A stretch of 64,000 nucleotides of DNA from Vagococcus sp. (GTDB lineage: Bacteria; Bacillota; Bacilli; Lactobacillales; Vagococcaceae), in NCBI RefSeq assembly GCF_036639995.1, contig NZ_JAVWHO010000004.1, positions 4,045 to 68,044 of the forward strand. Reading direction: 5' to 3'. A program made the translations under genes and the position numbers. Numbering within the stretch: the stretch's first letter is position 1; every line of letters starts with the position of its first letter. Shown piece after piece: positions 8,055 through 18,330 of the stretch. The notes under the pieces were generated by a model. The model had not been told where the DNA came from. It saw nothing but the letters and a program-made list of their open reading frames with translations, and searched no databases.

Positions 8055-11000
8055 AGTCACCCTACCTTTAAAACCTGAGAATAGTCATTTTACAGATAAA
8101 CAATGGCAAGCTGTTTATGATGGTGGGAGCAACCTTTTAATTTCAGCTTCCGCCGGATCAGGAAAAACAACAGTGTTGGTTGAGCGAGTCATACAAAAAA
8201 TTAAAAATGGAACAAATGTTAATGAATTATTAATTGTAACGTACACAGAAGCTGCAGCAAAAGAGATGAAACAGCGAATTCAAGTGGCAGTTCAAACAGC
8301 AATTAATGAAGAGATTGATAGTGACAAACGCCAACATTTAATAAAGCAATTAGGCTTATTACCAACGGCTTCAATTAGTACTCTACATGCTTTTTGTTTG
8401 ACTGTGATTAGAAAATATTATTATTTGATTCATATTGATCCAGTCTTTCGTTTACTGACAGATGAAACAGAAATAGCTTTATTAAAAGAAGATGTCTGGG
8501 ATGACGTTAGAGAACAATTGTATGGAGAAAAAAAAGAATCTTTTTATTTACTAACAGAAAATTTTTCTAATGATCGAAATGACAATGGATTAACTAATTT
8601 AATTTTTTCATTAGCCAATTTTGCTAAATCTAATACAGATCCAAATAAATGGCTTGAAGGATTGCCCAGTATCTATGATATTGAAAATAGTTTAAGTGAA
8701 AGTCCGTTATATCAAGATTTTATGAAGCCAAGTATTTTAAAGGAACTAACACTTGTTAAAGAACAAAGTGAAGGTCTGATTAACCAAATAAAAGGTGAAC
8801 CGGATTTCGAAAAAACTGTTGGTGTCCTTGAAACGGATTTAATAACGATTAATCAACTGCTTTTACATATTGAATCAAATGATTTGGATAGCTGTTATCA
8901 AGCTTTTTTAACGTTAAAATTTGCTGTTATCAAAGGTCCTAGTAAAAAAACAAGTACAGATGAAGTCATGGATTTTTATGAGGGCATCAAAGCAGAACGT
9001 GATTTAATAAAGAAACAAGTGGCAATTGTTAAAAAAAATTATTTCAGTTTATCACCTGAAAAAATGGTGGAACTAATGAAAGCGACTAAACCATTAGTTG
9101 AAGAAATGGTAAGTGTTTGCCAAACTTATTTAGCAGCGTTTAGCAAGGAAAAGGAAAAGAAAAATTTAGTTGATTTTAATGACCTAGAACATTTTACTTT
9201 AGCTATTCTTAGACAACTAGAAGCAGGTGAGTGGCAAGCCTCTGAAGCTTCCAATTATTATCGTAATAAATTTAAAGAAGTTCTAGTAGATGAATATCAA
9301 GATGTGAATAGACTTCAAGAAGGTATCCTTTATTGGTTAAGAAAAGTGGATGAGGATGCTGGGAATTTATTTATGGTGGGAGATGTGAAACAATCGATTT
9401 ATGCATTTCGCTTAGCTGATCCAACCCTTTTTATTGAAAAATATGAACAGTATAAAACAGAAGAAGATGGCCGCCGCATTATTTTGGCTGAAAATTTTCG
9501 TTCACGTGGAAGTGTCCTTGATTTTACTAATTTAGTGTTTACTCAGTTAATGGATAAGGAACTAGGCCAAATTGAGTATGATACAAGTGCTGAGTTGATT
9601 ACAGGTTTTACAGGTTATCCTGAAAGTTCGAATCATGACACTGAAATTTTGATATTTGAAAGTGAGTCTGAGGAAGAAGAGATTAATGAATTAGAGTTAA
9701 CTTTCTCAATTGATGATAAAACAGAAGGAGAGCTACTACTAGTTGGTAAAAAAATTCAAGAATTAGTAGAGAGTCAGTTTCCAATTTTTGATAAAAAGAA
9801 AAAAGAGTCTCGACCAATAAAGTATCAAGACATTGTTCTCTTGAGCCCGACAAAGAAAAATAATTTAGTTATTCTTGATAAGTTTAAAGAGTTAGATATT
9901 CCACTTTTTATCAATGACACACAGAATTATTTTCAGGCAACAGAAGTAAGGATTATGGTAGCTCTACTTCAAATAATTGATAATCCTCTTCAAGACATTC
10001 CGTTAGCGGCAATTTTACGCTCACCAATTGTTGGCATTAAAGAAAATGACTTAGTTAAGATTAGACAGTTTAATATTAAGGGTTATTATTATGATGCCTT
10101 AAAAAGCTACTTAAAAGAAGAAACTGGTAATACGGAGTTGTATCAAAAAATATCGGAATTCCATCAAAATTTTCTGAATTGGCGAGAGCTTGCTAGACGT
10201 GAAAAGTTAGTCACATTAATTTGGCAAATTTATCAAGATACAGGACTGCTAGACTATGTTGGTGGTATGCCTTCTGGTAAACAAAGACAAGCAAATCTTC
10301 ACGCTTTATATGAAAGAGCAACAGCTTATGAGGAAATGAATTTTAAGGGACTTTTTCAATTTATTCGATTTATTGAAAAAATGCAGGCAAAGGATAAAGA
10401 TTTAGCAGAACCAAATGAATTAAATGAAAATGAAGATGCGGTACGTGTAATGACAATTCATGCTAGTAAAGGGTTGGAATTTCCAGTGGTTTTCGTTCTT
10501 GATATGACTAAGCAGTTTAATATGACAGATATTAATAATCAGCCTTACATCTTTGATGAAGCATTAGGTGCTGGTGTAAAATATTTAGATAACGAACAAC
10601 GTGTAAAGTATGAGACAATGCCTTTTGTTATTATTAGAGAGCAAAAGAAAAGAAAAATGTTAGCAGAAGAGATGCGAAAATTATATGTCGCCTTAACTCG
10701 AGCAGAGGAAAAGTTATTTTTAGTTGGGTCTTATAAAAATAAGGAAGAAGCATTAAAAAAATGGCAACAGAACGTAACATCTGATCACCGAGTTCTTTCT
10801 ACAAGCGGTCGTTTGTCTCATAAGAGCTTAATGGGATGGGTGGGAATGAGTGTCATTCGACATCCTAAAACAATCGAAGCATATCCAGAAATTATGCTTG
10901 AGCCTTTAAAAGGATTGGGAAATTTACCTGGTAATTTTACGATTACGTTTTATTCAAAAGAAGATATTAGTCAAAGCATAGTTGAAAAAGAAAAAATGAT

Positions 11001-11805
11001 AGAATCTAAACAGATAGAAATAGACAAACCGGACCCTCAGTTTTTAAAACAAATTGTAGAACAATTAAATGCTAAATATTCTGATTTATCAGCGACCGTA
11101 ACGACAAGTTACCAATCAGTCTCAGAAATTAAGCGTGTCTTTGAAGACCCTGATAATAGAGAACTACAAGTGTTAGATTTATCAAAACCTTTGAGTTTAT
11201 CAGGAAATCGAATTGTGGGAGAGGAATTAGCCAAACCTAAATTTTTAACTAAAATGAAAGGTGTCACTGGAGCTGAAATAGGAACGGCAACCCATTTAAT
11301 TATGCAAACAGTAGATTTAGCACATACACCAACAGAATCAGAAATTAATGATTTAATTTTATCATTAGTGACAAAAGGTGTATTGGAAGAAGAAGTTGCT
11401 GTTAAAATTGATCAAAAAAGTATTGTGAACTTCTTTAATTCTGTTTTTGGACAAAAATTAATTGAGCAAGTTGAACATGTAAAAAGGGAACAACCTTTTT
11501 CTTTGTTACTAGAAGCAAAAAGAATTTTTAGTAACTTTGAAGGTAAAGATACAGATCGATTATTAATTCATGGGATTATTGATGGCTTTTTAGAAACCGA
11601 AGATGAGCTTATTCTATACGACTTTAAGACAGATTATATTTCTGAAACAGCAAGTGAAGAAGAAATAGAAGTGATTAAGAAAAAATATACAGGACAATTA
11701 AATTTGTACCGTCAAGCATTAGAGCAAATTAAAGAAAGAAAAGTAACATCTGTAAAGTTAGTTCTTTTAAAAGGTAACAAACAAATCGAAATGTTAATTA
11801 ATTAA
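8047..11805 (+). CDS. addA: ATP-dependent helicase/nuclease subunit A (AddA/RexA)
   Basis: UvrD-type motifs ASAGSGKT, LVDEYQD, VGDVKQSIYAFR, TIHASKGLEF, YVALTRA; nuclease GIIDG..LYDFKTD. Confidence 0.98.
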   Translation: MSKVTLPLKPENSHFTDKQWQAVYDGGSNLLISASAGSGKTTVLVERVIQKIKNGTNVNELLIVTYTEAAAKEMKQRIQVAVQTAINEEIDSDKRQHLIKQLGLLPTASISTLHAFCLTVIRKYYYLIHIDPVFRLLTDETEIALLKEDVWDDVREQLYGEKKESFYLLTENFSNDRNDNGLTNLIFSLANFAKSNTDPNKWLEGLPSIYDIENSLSESPLYQDFMKPSILKELTLVKEQSEGLINQIKGEPDFEKTVGVLETDLITINQLLLHIESNDLDSCYQAFLTLKFAVIKGPSKKTSTDEVMDFYEGIKAERDLIKKQVAIVKKNYFSLSPEKMVELMKATKPLVEEMVSVCQTYLAAFSKEKEKKNLVDFNDLEHFTLAILRQLEAGEWQASEASNYYRNKFKEVLVDEYQDVNRLQEGILYWLRKVDEDAGNLFMVGDVKQSIYAFRLADPTLFIEKYEQYKTEEDGRRIILAENFRSRGSVLDFTNLVFTQLMDKELGQIEYDTSAELITGFTGYPESSNHDTEILIFESESEEEEINELELTFSIDDKTEGELLLVGKKIQELVESQFPIFDKKKKESRPIKYQDIVLLSPTKKNNLVILDKFKELDIPLFINDTQNYFQATEVRIMVALLQIIDNPLQDIPLAAILRSPIVGIKENDLVKIRQFNIKGYYYDALKSYLKEETGNTELYQKISEFHQNFLNWRELARREKLVTLIWQIYQDTGLLDYVGGMPSGKQRQANLHALYERATAYEEMNFKGLFQFIRFIEKMQAKDKDLAEPNELNENEDAVRVMTIHASKGLEFPVVFVLDMTKQFNMTDINNQPYIFDEALGAGVKYLDNEQRVKYETMPFVIIREQKKRKMLAEEMRKLYVALTRAEEKLFLVGSYKNKEEALKKWQQNVTSDHRVLSTSGRLSHKSLMGWVGMSVIRHPKTIEAYPEIMLEPLKGLGNLPGNFTITFYSKEDISQSIVEKEKMIESKQIEIDKPDPQFLKQIVEQLNAKYSDLSATVTTSYQSVSEIKRVFEDPDNRELQVLDLSKPLSLSGNRIVGEELAKPKFLTKMKGVTGAEIGTATHLIMQTVDLAHTPTESEINDLILSLVTKGVLEEEVAVKIDQKSIVNFFNSVFGQKLIEQVEHVKREQPFSLLLEAKRIFSNFEGKDTDRLLIHGIIDGFLETEDELILYDFKTDYISETASEEEIEVIKKKYTGQLNLYRQALEQIKERKVTSVKLVLLKGNKQIEMLIN

Positions 11806-11871
11806 AGAAAAATCTAGTGAAATAGATTAAAAAATGGTAAAATACTTTTAATAAAAGGAAGGAGAGAAATC

Positions 11872-12735
11872 GTGTATAAAACATCAAGTCAACTAAAAAG
11901 AGAAGCAAAAGATAGTTTAAGAGGGCGATGGAAAGATGCTGTATTGCTTAATCTAATTCCTTCTATTATTCAAATTATTGGCATGTTTTTTGTTGCACTC
12001 TTTACGATAGGGATTATCTTTTTAATGTCATTTTTTATGGCAACAGATTTTGGTTCTAGTTCTAAAGAATATTCCCCAGAAAGTAGTGAATCTATTCGTT
12101 CGGATATCAAAAATGAAATCAATGATAATTTAGACTCAACAGATTTTGAAGATCTATTTGATAATACTAATGTAGGTTTTACCTCTTATGGTATAACCCC
12201 GATTATTAGTTTTGTTTTATCATTTTTAACAATTGGAATAGCTTTTACATTTTTAGATGTTATTCGAAAGAGGGAGGAGCAGCCAATTGAATTTAAAGAT
12301 GCATTTAGGGTCTTTAATGGTATTGATTTTGTTCCCGTCTTTTTAATCAATTTATTAATGTATATTTTTAAAACGTTGTGGTCTTTTGCTTTAGTAATTC
12401 CAGCATTTGTTAAGCATTATTCTTATTCACAGTCAAACTTTATCTATAAAGATTTAGCAGAACATAGTGATGTAAGAAGTATGGGAGCGACAACTTTTAT
12501 TACCGAAAGTAGAAGCTTAATGAAAGGTCATAAGGGACGTTTATTCTGGATTGACCTGAGCTTTATTGGTTGGTATTTATTAGGATTTATGACATTTGGA
12601 ATTGCTATGTTATGGGTTAATCCTTATATGAGTGCAACAAAAGCTGCTTTCTATAATGATTTAGCTAAAGATCGTTTCTTAATTCCAACAAACGCTGAAG
12701 CACAAGAAGACGATGAAGAGTGGACAAGTTTCTAA
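11872..12735 (+). CDS. DUF975-family integral membrane protein
   Basis: SSQLKREAKDSLRGRW N-terminus; YSYSQ..FI, SRSLMKGHKGRLFWIDLSFIGW and WVNPY..AAFY motifs. Confidence 0.88.
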   Translation: MYKTSSQLKREAKDSLRGRWKDAVLLNLIPSIIQIIGMFFVALFTIGIIFLMSFFMATDFGSSSKEYSPESSESIRSDIKNEINDNLDSTDFEDLFDNTNVGFTSYGITPIISFVLSFLTIGIAFTFLDVIRKREEQPIEFKDAFRVFNGIDFVPVFLINLLMYIFKTLWSFALVIPAFVKHYSYSQSNFIYKDLAEHSDVRSMGATTFITESRSLMKGHKGRLFWIDLSFIGWYLLGFMTFGIAMLWVNPYMSATKAAFYNDLAKDRFLIPTNAEAQEDDEEWTSF

Positions 12736-12764
12736 AAGAATGAGATGATTCTCATTCTTTTTTT
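12734..12764. terminator. Intrinsic terminator after DUF975 (usable in both directions)
   Basis: AAAAGAATGAGA-tgat-TCTCATTCTTTT plus a T-run. Confidence 0.75.
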
Positions 12765-12803
12765 ACTGTATTGCTAGTAATTAATCAAATTGATTTAACT
12801 AAT

Positions 12804-12851
12804 TTATAGTAACATGCACTCATACCAATTTTCCCGAATTGGTTTTTTCAT
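12804..12851 (-). CDS. Candidate 15-aa small ORF MKKPIRENWYECMLL
   Basis: AGGAG (12862-12858) lies 6 nt before ATG at 12851; TAA at 12806-12804. No homology recognised. Confidence 0.3.
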   Translation of the reverse strand: MKKPIRENWYECMLL

Positions 12852-12928
12852 ACTTAACTCCTACCGAGAGTGAGAGTAAATAACAACCTTCATTTCCACT
12901 AGAGCGACGGCTTTAGTGGTTTTTTTTT
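12812..12928 (+). ncRNA. Candidate small RNA (about 115 nt) ending at a GC-rich terminator; 5' end uncertain
   Basis: Lies between two terminators. It has internal hairpins (CCAATT-ttcccg-AATTGG; ACTC-ctaccga-GAGT), a CUCCU anti-SD tract, and TATAGT at 12805-12810 as a possible -10. Confidence 0.35.
12896..12928 (+). terminator. Intrinsic terminator immediately upstream of the dinB promoter
   Basis: CCACTAGAGC-gacg-GCTTTAGTGG followed by T9. Confidence 0.8.
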
Positions 12929-12952
12929 GTTTTATCCTTTATAATGGGAATA

Positions 12953-12966
12953 GAAACGTATGTTCT
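12953..12966. promoter_or_regulatory. LexA (SOS) box of dinB
   Basis: The reverse strand reads AGAACATACGTTTC, a perfect GAAC-RNRY-GTTY core. It lies just downstream of TATAAT (12940-12945) and directly before the SD GGAGG (12967-12971). Confidence 0.75.
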
Positions 12967-12982
12967 GGAGGTAGCGAAAAAA

Positions 12983-14104
12983 GTGTCTAATCAATTAAGG
13001 TTTCCGTTAAAAGTAGATACATCAAGAAAAATAATTCATATTGATATGGATGCTTTTTATGCCTCCGTAGAAGAAAGAGACCATCCTGAGTTAATTGGTC
13101 ATCCACTTGTTATTGCTAAACATCCCCGTGATACAGGAGGAAAAGGTGTAGTAACCACTGCTAATTATGAAGCCAGAAAATATGGTATTCATTCAGCAAT
13201 GAGTGCGCAAAAAGCTTATGAGCTATGTCCTAAAGCTAATTTTGTTCAAGGAAATAGAGCGCATTATGCGGAGATATCAAAAGAAATCCATAAAATATTC
13301 CATGAATACACAGATATGATAGAGCCGCTTTCACTAGATGAAGCGTATCTTGATGTTACAGTCAATAAAAAGAATATAAAAAGTGCCATAAAAATAGCCC
13401 GAATGATTCAATTAGAAGTTTGGCAAAAGCTCCGTTTAACTTGTTCAGCTGGTGTTAGTTATAACAAATTTTTAGCTAAATTAGCATCAGATTTTGAAAA
13501 ACCTAAAGGGATGACTTTGATATTACCAGAGCATGCTGTTGAATTTTTGAAAAAATTACCAATTGAAGATTTTCACGGAGTAGGGAAAAAAACGGTTCCT
13601 AGAATGCATGAATTGGGTATATATACAGGAGCAGATTTATATGAAAAGTCAGAGATGGATTTGATTCAAAATTTTGGGAAGATGGGATACTCTTTATATA
13701 GAAAAGTAAGAGGAATTCATGATTCTCCAGTCGAACCACATCGTGACCGAAAATCGGTTGGCAGAGAGAATACATTTGGTAAGCCTTTAGTAACGGAAGA
13801 TTCAGTTATTGTGCAGCTTAGAGAATTGGCAGCTGATGTGGCAAACTCATTACATCGAGTGCAACTTCATGGTAAGACAGTCGTTTTAAAAGTGAGAGAT
13901 AAGGATTACGAAACTTTTACAAGACGAGTAACGTTACCTGATTATGTGGATGCCCAAGAAGATTTATTTTTTCATGCAAAGCAGATATGGGATTCATTTG
14001 ACTTACTTGAAAGAGGTATTAGGTTACTAGGGATCACAGTAACAAATTTAGATTCAAAGAGTTATGAGTTAATAAAGTTGCCTTTATGGGAAAAAGAAAA
14101 CTAG
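12983..14104 (+). CDS. dinB: DNA polymerase IV (Y-family); start revised to GTG 12983
   Basis: IIHIDMDAFYASVE, NYEARKYGIHSAM, SLDEAYLD, SAGVSYNKFLAKLASD; GGAGG SD precedes GTG 12983. Confidence 0.97.
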   Translation: MSNQLRFPLKVDTSRKIIHIDMDAFYASVEERDHPELIGHPLVIAKHPRDTGGKGVVTTANYEARKYGIHSAMSAQKAYELCPKANFVQGNRAHYAEISKEIHKIFHEYTDMIEPLSLDEAYLDVTVNKKNIKSAIKIARMIQLEVWQKLRLTCSAGVSYNKFLAKLASDFEKPKGMTLILPEHAVEFLKKLPIEDFHGVGKKTVPRMHELGIYTGADLYEKSEMDLIQNFGKMGYSLYRKVRGIHDSPVEPHRDRKSVGRENTFGKPLVTEDSVIVQLRELAADVANSLHRVQLHGKTVVLKVRDKDYETFTRRVTLPDYVDAQEDLFFHAKQIWDSFDLLERGIRLLGITVTNLDSKSYELIKLPLWEKEN

Positions 14105-14144
14105 GAAGTCGTCGATTGATGTTCGACTCACTTCCTAGCTTTTT
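14101..14144. terminator. Terminator hairpin between convergent dinB and telA
   Basis: CTAGGAAGT...ACTTCCTAG stem with a T-run. Confidence 0.65.
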
Positions 14145-15348
14145 AGTGTTGATTAGACATTTCTAGTAATTTATTTTTAAGATCTTCTTCCATGACAGTT
14201 AATTCAATTTCAGCATTACGACGTTTTTCTTTTCCTTCTTTTTGGATTCGAAGGGTTTCTTGAATCGTTTCAATTAAGTCGTTTTGTGTTTTTTGTAATG
14301 TCTCAATGTCAACAATGCCACGTTCATTTTCTTCAGCAGTTTCAATTGCTGAAATTTTTAGCATTTCTGAATTCTTAGATAACAAATCGTTTGTTGTTTG
14401 AGATACTTGTCTTTGCGCTGTAACAGCATCTTTTTGTCTTAACAAGGTAAGAGCAATAGCCACTTGGTTTTTCCACAAAGGAATAGCTGTGTTAATCGAT
14501 GCTTGAATTTTTTCAGCTAGGGCTTGATTTGTGTTTTGAATCAAACGAATTTGTGGTGCTTGTTGGATAGTAATTTGTCGCGCTAGTTTTAAGTCGTATG
14601 TTCTTTTTTCTAGGCGATCAACAAATTGATTTAAATCATTAACAATTTGAGCATCCATTTGGTCCCCACTAGCTTCAGCAGTTTTCATTGCTTCTGGAAT
14701 GGTAATGGTTTCTAGTTCTTCTATTTTTACTTCGCCAGCAGCAATGTAAATATTTAGTGCATCAAAGTAGTCTTTGTTTTTGTGGTAAAGTTGTTCAAGC
14801 ATTAAGTTATCTTGTAATAATCCATTTTTTTCTTTATCAAGCTTCACTGCAATTTTATCAATTTGTGCTCCAATTTTTTGGTATTTTGCTGTGATTTCGT
14901 AGACAGACTGTTTTACTTTACCAAACATGCGTTTAAAAATATTTTTATCTTGAGCTTCAAGTTCACTAGGACTTGCTTCATTTAGACGGTACATTAATTC
15001 AGTTAAAGAATCTCCCATTGGACCAATGTCTTGGGCTTGCACGTGATTTAGCATTGTATGAGAGAATTCACCTAGTTTTTGTTGAGCAGCAACACCATAA
15101 CTTAAAACAGCTTGGCTATCACTTGTATCGATTTGAGCTGCTAGATCACGGGCTTGTTTTTGTCGATCTTCTGGTAATTTATCAATCACTTTTGTTGCAG
15201 TAGATGTATTAGTTTGTAATTTTTTGTCTTCCTGTGTCGCTAATTTAGCTGTATCAGGGGCTTCAAACGGGTTACTTAATAAATCATCTAAAGTATCACT
15301 AACAGGTGTTACATCTTTTAATACATCGTTATTTAGTTCATCAGTCAT
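14143..15348 (-). CDS. Toxic anion resistance protein (TelA/YaaN family)
   Basis: [34 protein letters not shown] motif; coiled-coil character; downstream of xpaC. Confidence 0.93.
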   Translation of the reverse strand: MTDELNNDVLKDVTPVSDTLDDLLSNPFEAPDTAKLATQEDKKLQTNTSTATKVIDKLPEDRQKQARDLAAQIDTSDSQAVLSYGVAAQQKLGEFSHTMLNHVQAQDIGPMGDSLTELMYRLNEASPSELEAQDKNIFKRMFGKVKQSVYEITAKYQKIGAQIDKIAVKLDKEKNGLLQDNLMLEQLYHKNKDYFDALNIYIAAGEVKIEELETITIPEAMKTAEASGDQMDAQIVNDLNQFVDRLEKRTYDLKLARQITIQQAPQIRLIQNTNQALAEKIQASINTAIPLWKNQVAIALTLLRQKDAVTAQRQVSQTTNDLLSKNSEMLKISAIETAEENERGIVDIETLQKTQNDLIETIQETLRIQKEGKEKRRNAEIELTVMEEDLKNKLLEMSNQH

Positions 15349-16062
15349 TTAAATTTGCTCCTTTTTTTGTCGGTATTCGTCTAGTTCTTTTTCTCGGTCA
15401 ATATTTTGCTTAGCAATTGAAATCTCTACATCTAAGTCATCAAGATCATCACTAACGAAGTCGGAATAGTCCTTGACAATTAATTGTGAAACTTCTTCAA
15501 TTGCTTCGGCACTTTGATTTAACGCATCAAAAGTATTTTTATTTTTTAGTTCGTGGTTGTTAATCTCAACATACTTACTAGTTAATTCTACCAAATTTGG
15601 CAAGTGATTATAAAGAAAACGATCAGATTGATGCAATTTATTTGGTTCTTTAACAATTTCTTTAAACATTGCTTTTGATGCTTTAAGTGTATCATATCTT
15701 AAGTTAATTGCTTTAAGTTTTGCAACTTCGTTCATATTGTTTTCAAGTTCAGCAATGTTTTGCTTAGCAGTTGCCATAGTTTCTCTAAAGAATTCGATTT
15801 CTTGTTCCGACATACCGAATTCTGAATAATGGTCAACTTTTTCCTTAGTTAATTGAGGCATTTCTCTTGTGGCTTTTTCTGATTTATTCGAGAATATCAT
15901 TTTAAATAGTAGACAGCTCGCATAAACAATCGCAACAAACAAGGCGGCTGAGACAGCGAAATTTAGCAAGCCACTTCCTGCATCTACAATGAAATTAATC
16001 ACAATTAGGGCAAGAATGACAACGACAATGTTCCTCAATTTTGATTTTCTATTATTTTTCAT
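15349..16062 (-). CDS. xpaC: 5-bromo-4-chloroindolyl phosphate hydrolysis family protein
   Basis: N-terminal TMs; FLYNHLPNLVELTSKY motif; canonical xpaC-yaaN pair. Confidence 0.88.
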   Translation of the reverse strand: MKNNRKSKLRNIVVVILALIVINFIVDAGSGLLNFAVSAALFVAIVYASCLLFKMIFSNKSEKATREMPQLTKEKVDHYSEFGMSEQEIEFFRETMATAKQNIAELENNMNEVAKLKAINLRYDTLKASKAMFKEIVKEPNKLHQSDRFLYNHLPNLVELTSKYVEINNHELKNKNTFDALNQSAEAIEEVSQLIVKDYSDFVSDDLDDLDVEISIAKQNIDREKELDEYRQKKEQI

Positions 16063-16268
16063 ACGATTTCACTCCTATTAGTATTTGGCTTTCACCTGTG
16101 ATCTTAAAAACATTTTAACATAGAGAATTAATTTAGATATCAGTCTATGGATTGATTTATTTATTCTTAAAGAGTTTACAATAAATAAAAATAAGGTTTA
16201 ATATTGAAAAGCCTATTTTTAAAAGGTATCATAAGCTTAATATAAAAGAGAGACTTGAGGAGAAGATA

Positions 16269-16817
16269 ATGAAAGAAAAATTTGAAGAAAAAACAATAAA
16301 AAGAGAAATGATATATAATGGTAAAATAATTGATGTTGTTGTGGATGATGTGCTACTTCCAAATGGAGGCACATCTAAGCGAGAATTGGTTTTTCATAAT
16401 GGTGGAGTCGGTATTTTAGCGATCACAAAAGAGAAAAAAATGATTTTTGTTAAACAATTTAGAAAAGTATTAGAAAAAAGTATTCTAGAGATACCAGCAG
16501 GAAAAATAGAAAAGGATGAAACAGATCCCTTAAAAACAGCTAAAAGAGAATTGGAAGAAGAAACTGGCTACCAATGTAAAAAAATCGAGGAAATAGCGAG
16601 ATTTGTACCGTCACCAGGTTTTTGTAATGAAATGCTTTATATGTATGAAGCTAAAGAATTAATTAAAATTGATAATCCACTTCCTCAAGACGAAGATGAG
16701 TTTTTGGAATTGATTGAATTGTCTTTAGAAGAAGCCAAAGAGAAAGTTGCTACTGGTGAAATTTGTGACGCCAAAACAATGTACGCTATTCTTTATTGGG
16801 AATTAAATAGTAAATAA
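16269..16817 (+). CDS. nudF: ADP-ribose pyrophosphatase (Nudix)
   Basis: Nudix box EIPAGKIEKDETDPLKTAKRELEEETG; SPGF; DAKT. Confidence 0.92.
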   Translation: MKEKFEEKTIKREMIYNGKIIDVVVDDVLLPNGGTSKRELVFHNGGVGILAITKEKKMIFVKQFRKVLEKSILEIPAGKIEKDETDPLKTAKRELEEETGYQCKKIEEIARFVPSPGFCNEMLYMYEAKELIKIDNPLPQDEDEFLELIELSLEEAKEKVATGEICDAKTMYAILYWELNSK

Positions 16818-16827
16818 GGAGTTAATT

Positions 16828-17016
16828 ATGTTTAGAAAAAATAAGGAGTCAAACGTATCGGATTCCCCGCAAAAAAAGCAAGAAGATCAGATTTTAACAA
16901 GAAGTCGGGTTAGAGAGATTAATAAAAATAAAAAAAGAAATACATGGCTAAATAAAGCTATTGTTATAGTTGCTATTTTATTAGCAATCATTATTTATGC
17001 TGTACTCAATTGGTAA
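16828..17016 (+). CDS. macP: Cell wall synthase accessory phosphoprotein MacP-like
   Basis: 62 aa with a charged N-terminus (ILTRSRVR), a single C-terminal TM, and the conserved nudF-macP-mtnN context. Confidence 0.75.
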   Translation: MFRKNKESNVSDSPQKKQEDQILTRSRVREINKNKKRNTWLNKAIVIVAILLAIIIYAVLNW

Positions 17017-17036
17017 TTAATTAAGGGGTGTTTTGG

Positions 17037-17726
17037 ATGAAAATTGGAATTATTGGTGCAATGGAACAAGAAGTGGTTATTTTATCTGAAAAATTAGAGA
17101 ATATGACAACTTGGGAAGAAGCTGGAGCGAGTTTTTATTCTGGAACGATTGGTAAACATGAGGTCGTTTTGACTAGATCAGGTATTGGAAAAACGTTAGC
17201 AGCTCTAACAACGACTCTTTTGATTAGTCATTATCATGTGGATGTTGTGATTAATACAGGGTCTGCTGGAGGAATTGGCGAAGGGTTATCAATTGGTGAT
17301 ATTGTTATTTCTAATAAAGTCGCTTATTCTGATGTTGATGTGACTGCTTTTGGTTATGACTATGGTCAAATGGCTCAAATGCCTTTGTATTATGAGGCTA
17401 ACCAAATGTTAATTGAAGCTGCAATGGAAGCCTCAAGCAACAATATGCTCAACACACGAGTGGGATTAATTGTATCAGGGGACACGTTTGTAAGTAGTCA
17501 GAAACAAATTAGTGATATAAAAACTCATTTTCCGGATTGTTTAGCAAATGAGATGGAAGGAGCTGCTATTGCCCATGTGGCTTATCAATATGGTAAACCG
17601 TTTGTTGTCATTAGAGCCATGAGTGATGTGGGGGATGAAAACGCAAGCGTTAATTTTGATGAGTTCATAATTGAAGCAGGTGAGAAATCAGCTAAAATGG
17701 TATTGGCGTTATTATCAGAAATTTAA
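17037..17726 (+). CDS. mtnN: 5'-methylthioadenosine/S-adenosylhomocysteine nucleosidase
   Basis: MKIGIIGAMEQE, SGIGK, INTGSAGG, EMEGAAIA, IRAMSD. Confidence 0.97.
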   Translation: MKIGIIGAMEQEVVILSEKLENMTTWEEAGASFYSGTIGKHEVVLTRSGIGKTLAALTTTLLISHYHVDVVINTGSAGGIGEGLSIGDIVISNKVAYSDVDVTAFGYDYGQMAQMPLYYEANQMLIEAAMEASSNNMLNTRVGLIVSGDTFVSSQKQISDIKTHFPDCLANEMEGAAIAHVAYQYGKPFVVIRAMSDVGDENASVNFDEFIIEAGEKSAKMVLALLSEI

Positions 17727-17743
17727 GAAACGGAGATTTGGAG

Positions 17744-18289
17744 ATGGAAGCATTAATTTCGATTGATTATACGTATGATTTTGTCGCTGATGAGGGTAAA
17801 TTAACGACAGGAAAAGTAGGACAAGAGATTGAATCTGAATTAGTTAAAGTAACGAAAGAATTTATTGATGATGGTCAATTTGTTGTTTTTGCCATTGATG
17901 GGCATGACCCAAAAGATTTGTATCATCCAGAAAATAAGTTGTTTCCAGCACATAATGTGAACGGAACCTTCGGCAGAACATTATATGGAACCTTAAATGA
18001 TGTGTATGAAGATAATCGTGATAAGGCAACCGTCTATTGGTTAGACAAACGTCATTATTCTGCATTTAGCGGAACGGATTTAGATATCAGATTAAGAGAA
18101 CGACATATTACAGCCATTCACTTAACTGGTGTTTGCACGGATATATGTGTTTTACATACAGCCATTGATGCTTATAATTTAGGCTATCAAATTGTCATCC
18201 ATAAGCAGTGTGTACAAAGTTTTGATGAAGAAGGTCATCGCTGGGCTTTACGTCATTTTGAAACGACGTTGGGGGCAACGATTATTTAG
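17744..18289 (+). CDS. pncA: Isochorismatase-family cysteine hydrolase, probable nicotinamidase
   Basis: IDYTYDF catalytic Asp, HPE..FPAHN, KRHYSAF, GVCTDICV. Confidence 0.8.
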   Translation: MEALISIDYTYDFVADEGKLTTGKVGQEIESELVKVTKEFIDDGQFVVFAIDGHDPKDLYHPENKLFPAHNVNGTFGRTLYGTLNDVYEDNRDKATVYWLDKRHYSAFSGTDLDIRLRERHITAIHLTGVCTDICVLHTAIDAYNLGYQIVIHKQCVQSFDEEGHRWALRHFETTLGATII

Positions 18290-18293
18290 AAAG

Positions 18294-18330
18294 AAAAAAG
18301 AAGTTGGACGTTTAATCCAACTTCTTTTTT
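18294..18330. terminator. Bidirectional terminator
   Basis: AAAAAAGAAGTTGGA-cgtttaa-TCCAACTTCTTTTTT. Confidence 0.8.

Noticed and set aside
12944-12982. N-terminal extension of dinB from ATG 12944
   Set aside because: This ATG overlaps the -10 box and has no SD; GGAGG precedes GTG 12983 and the LexA box lies in this stretch.
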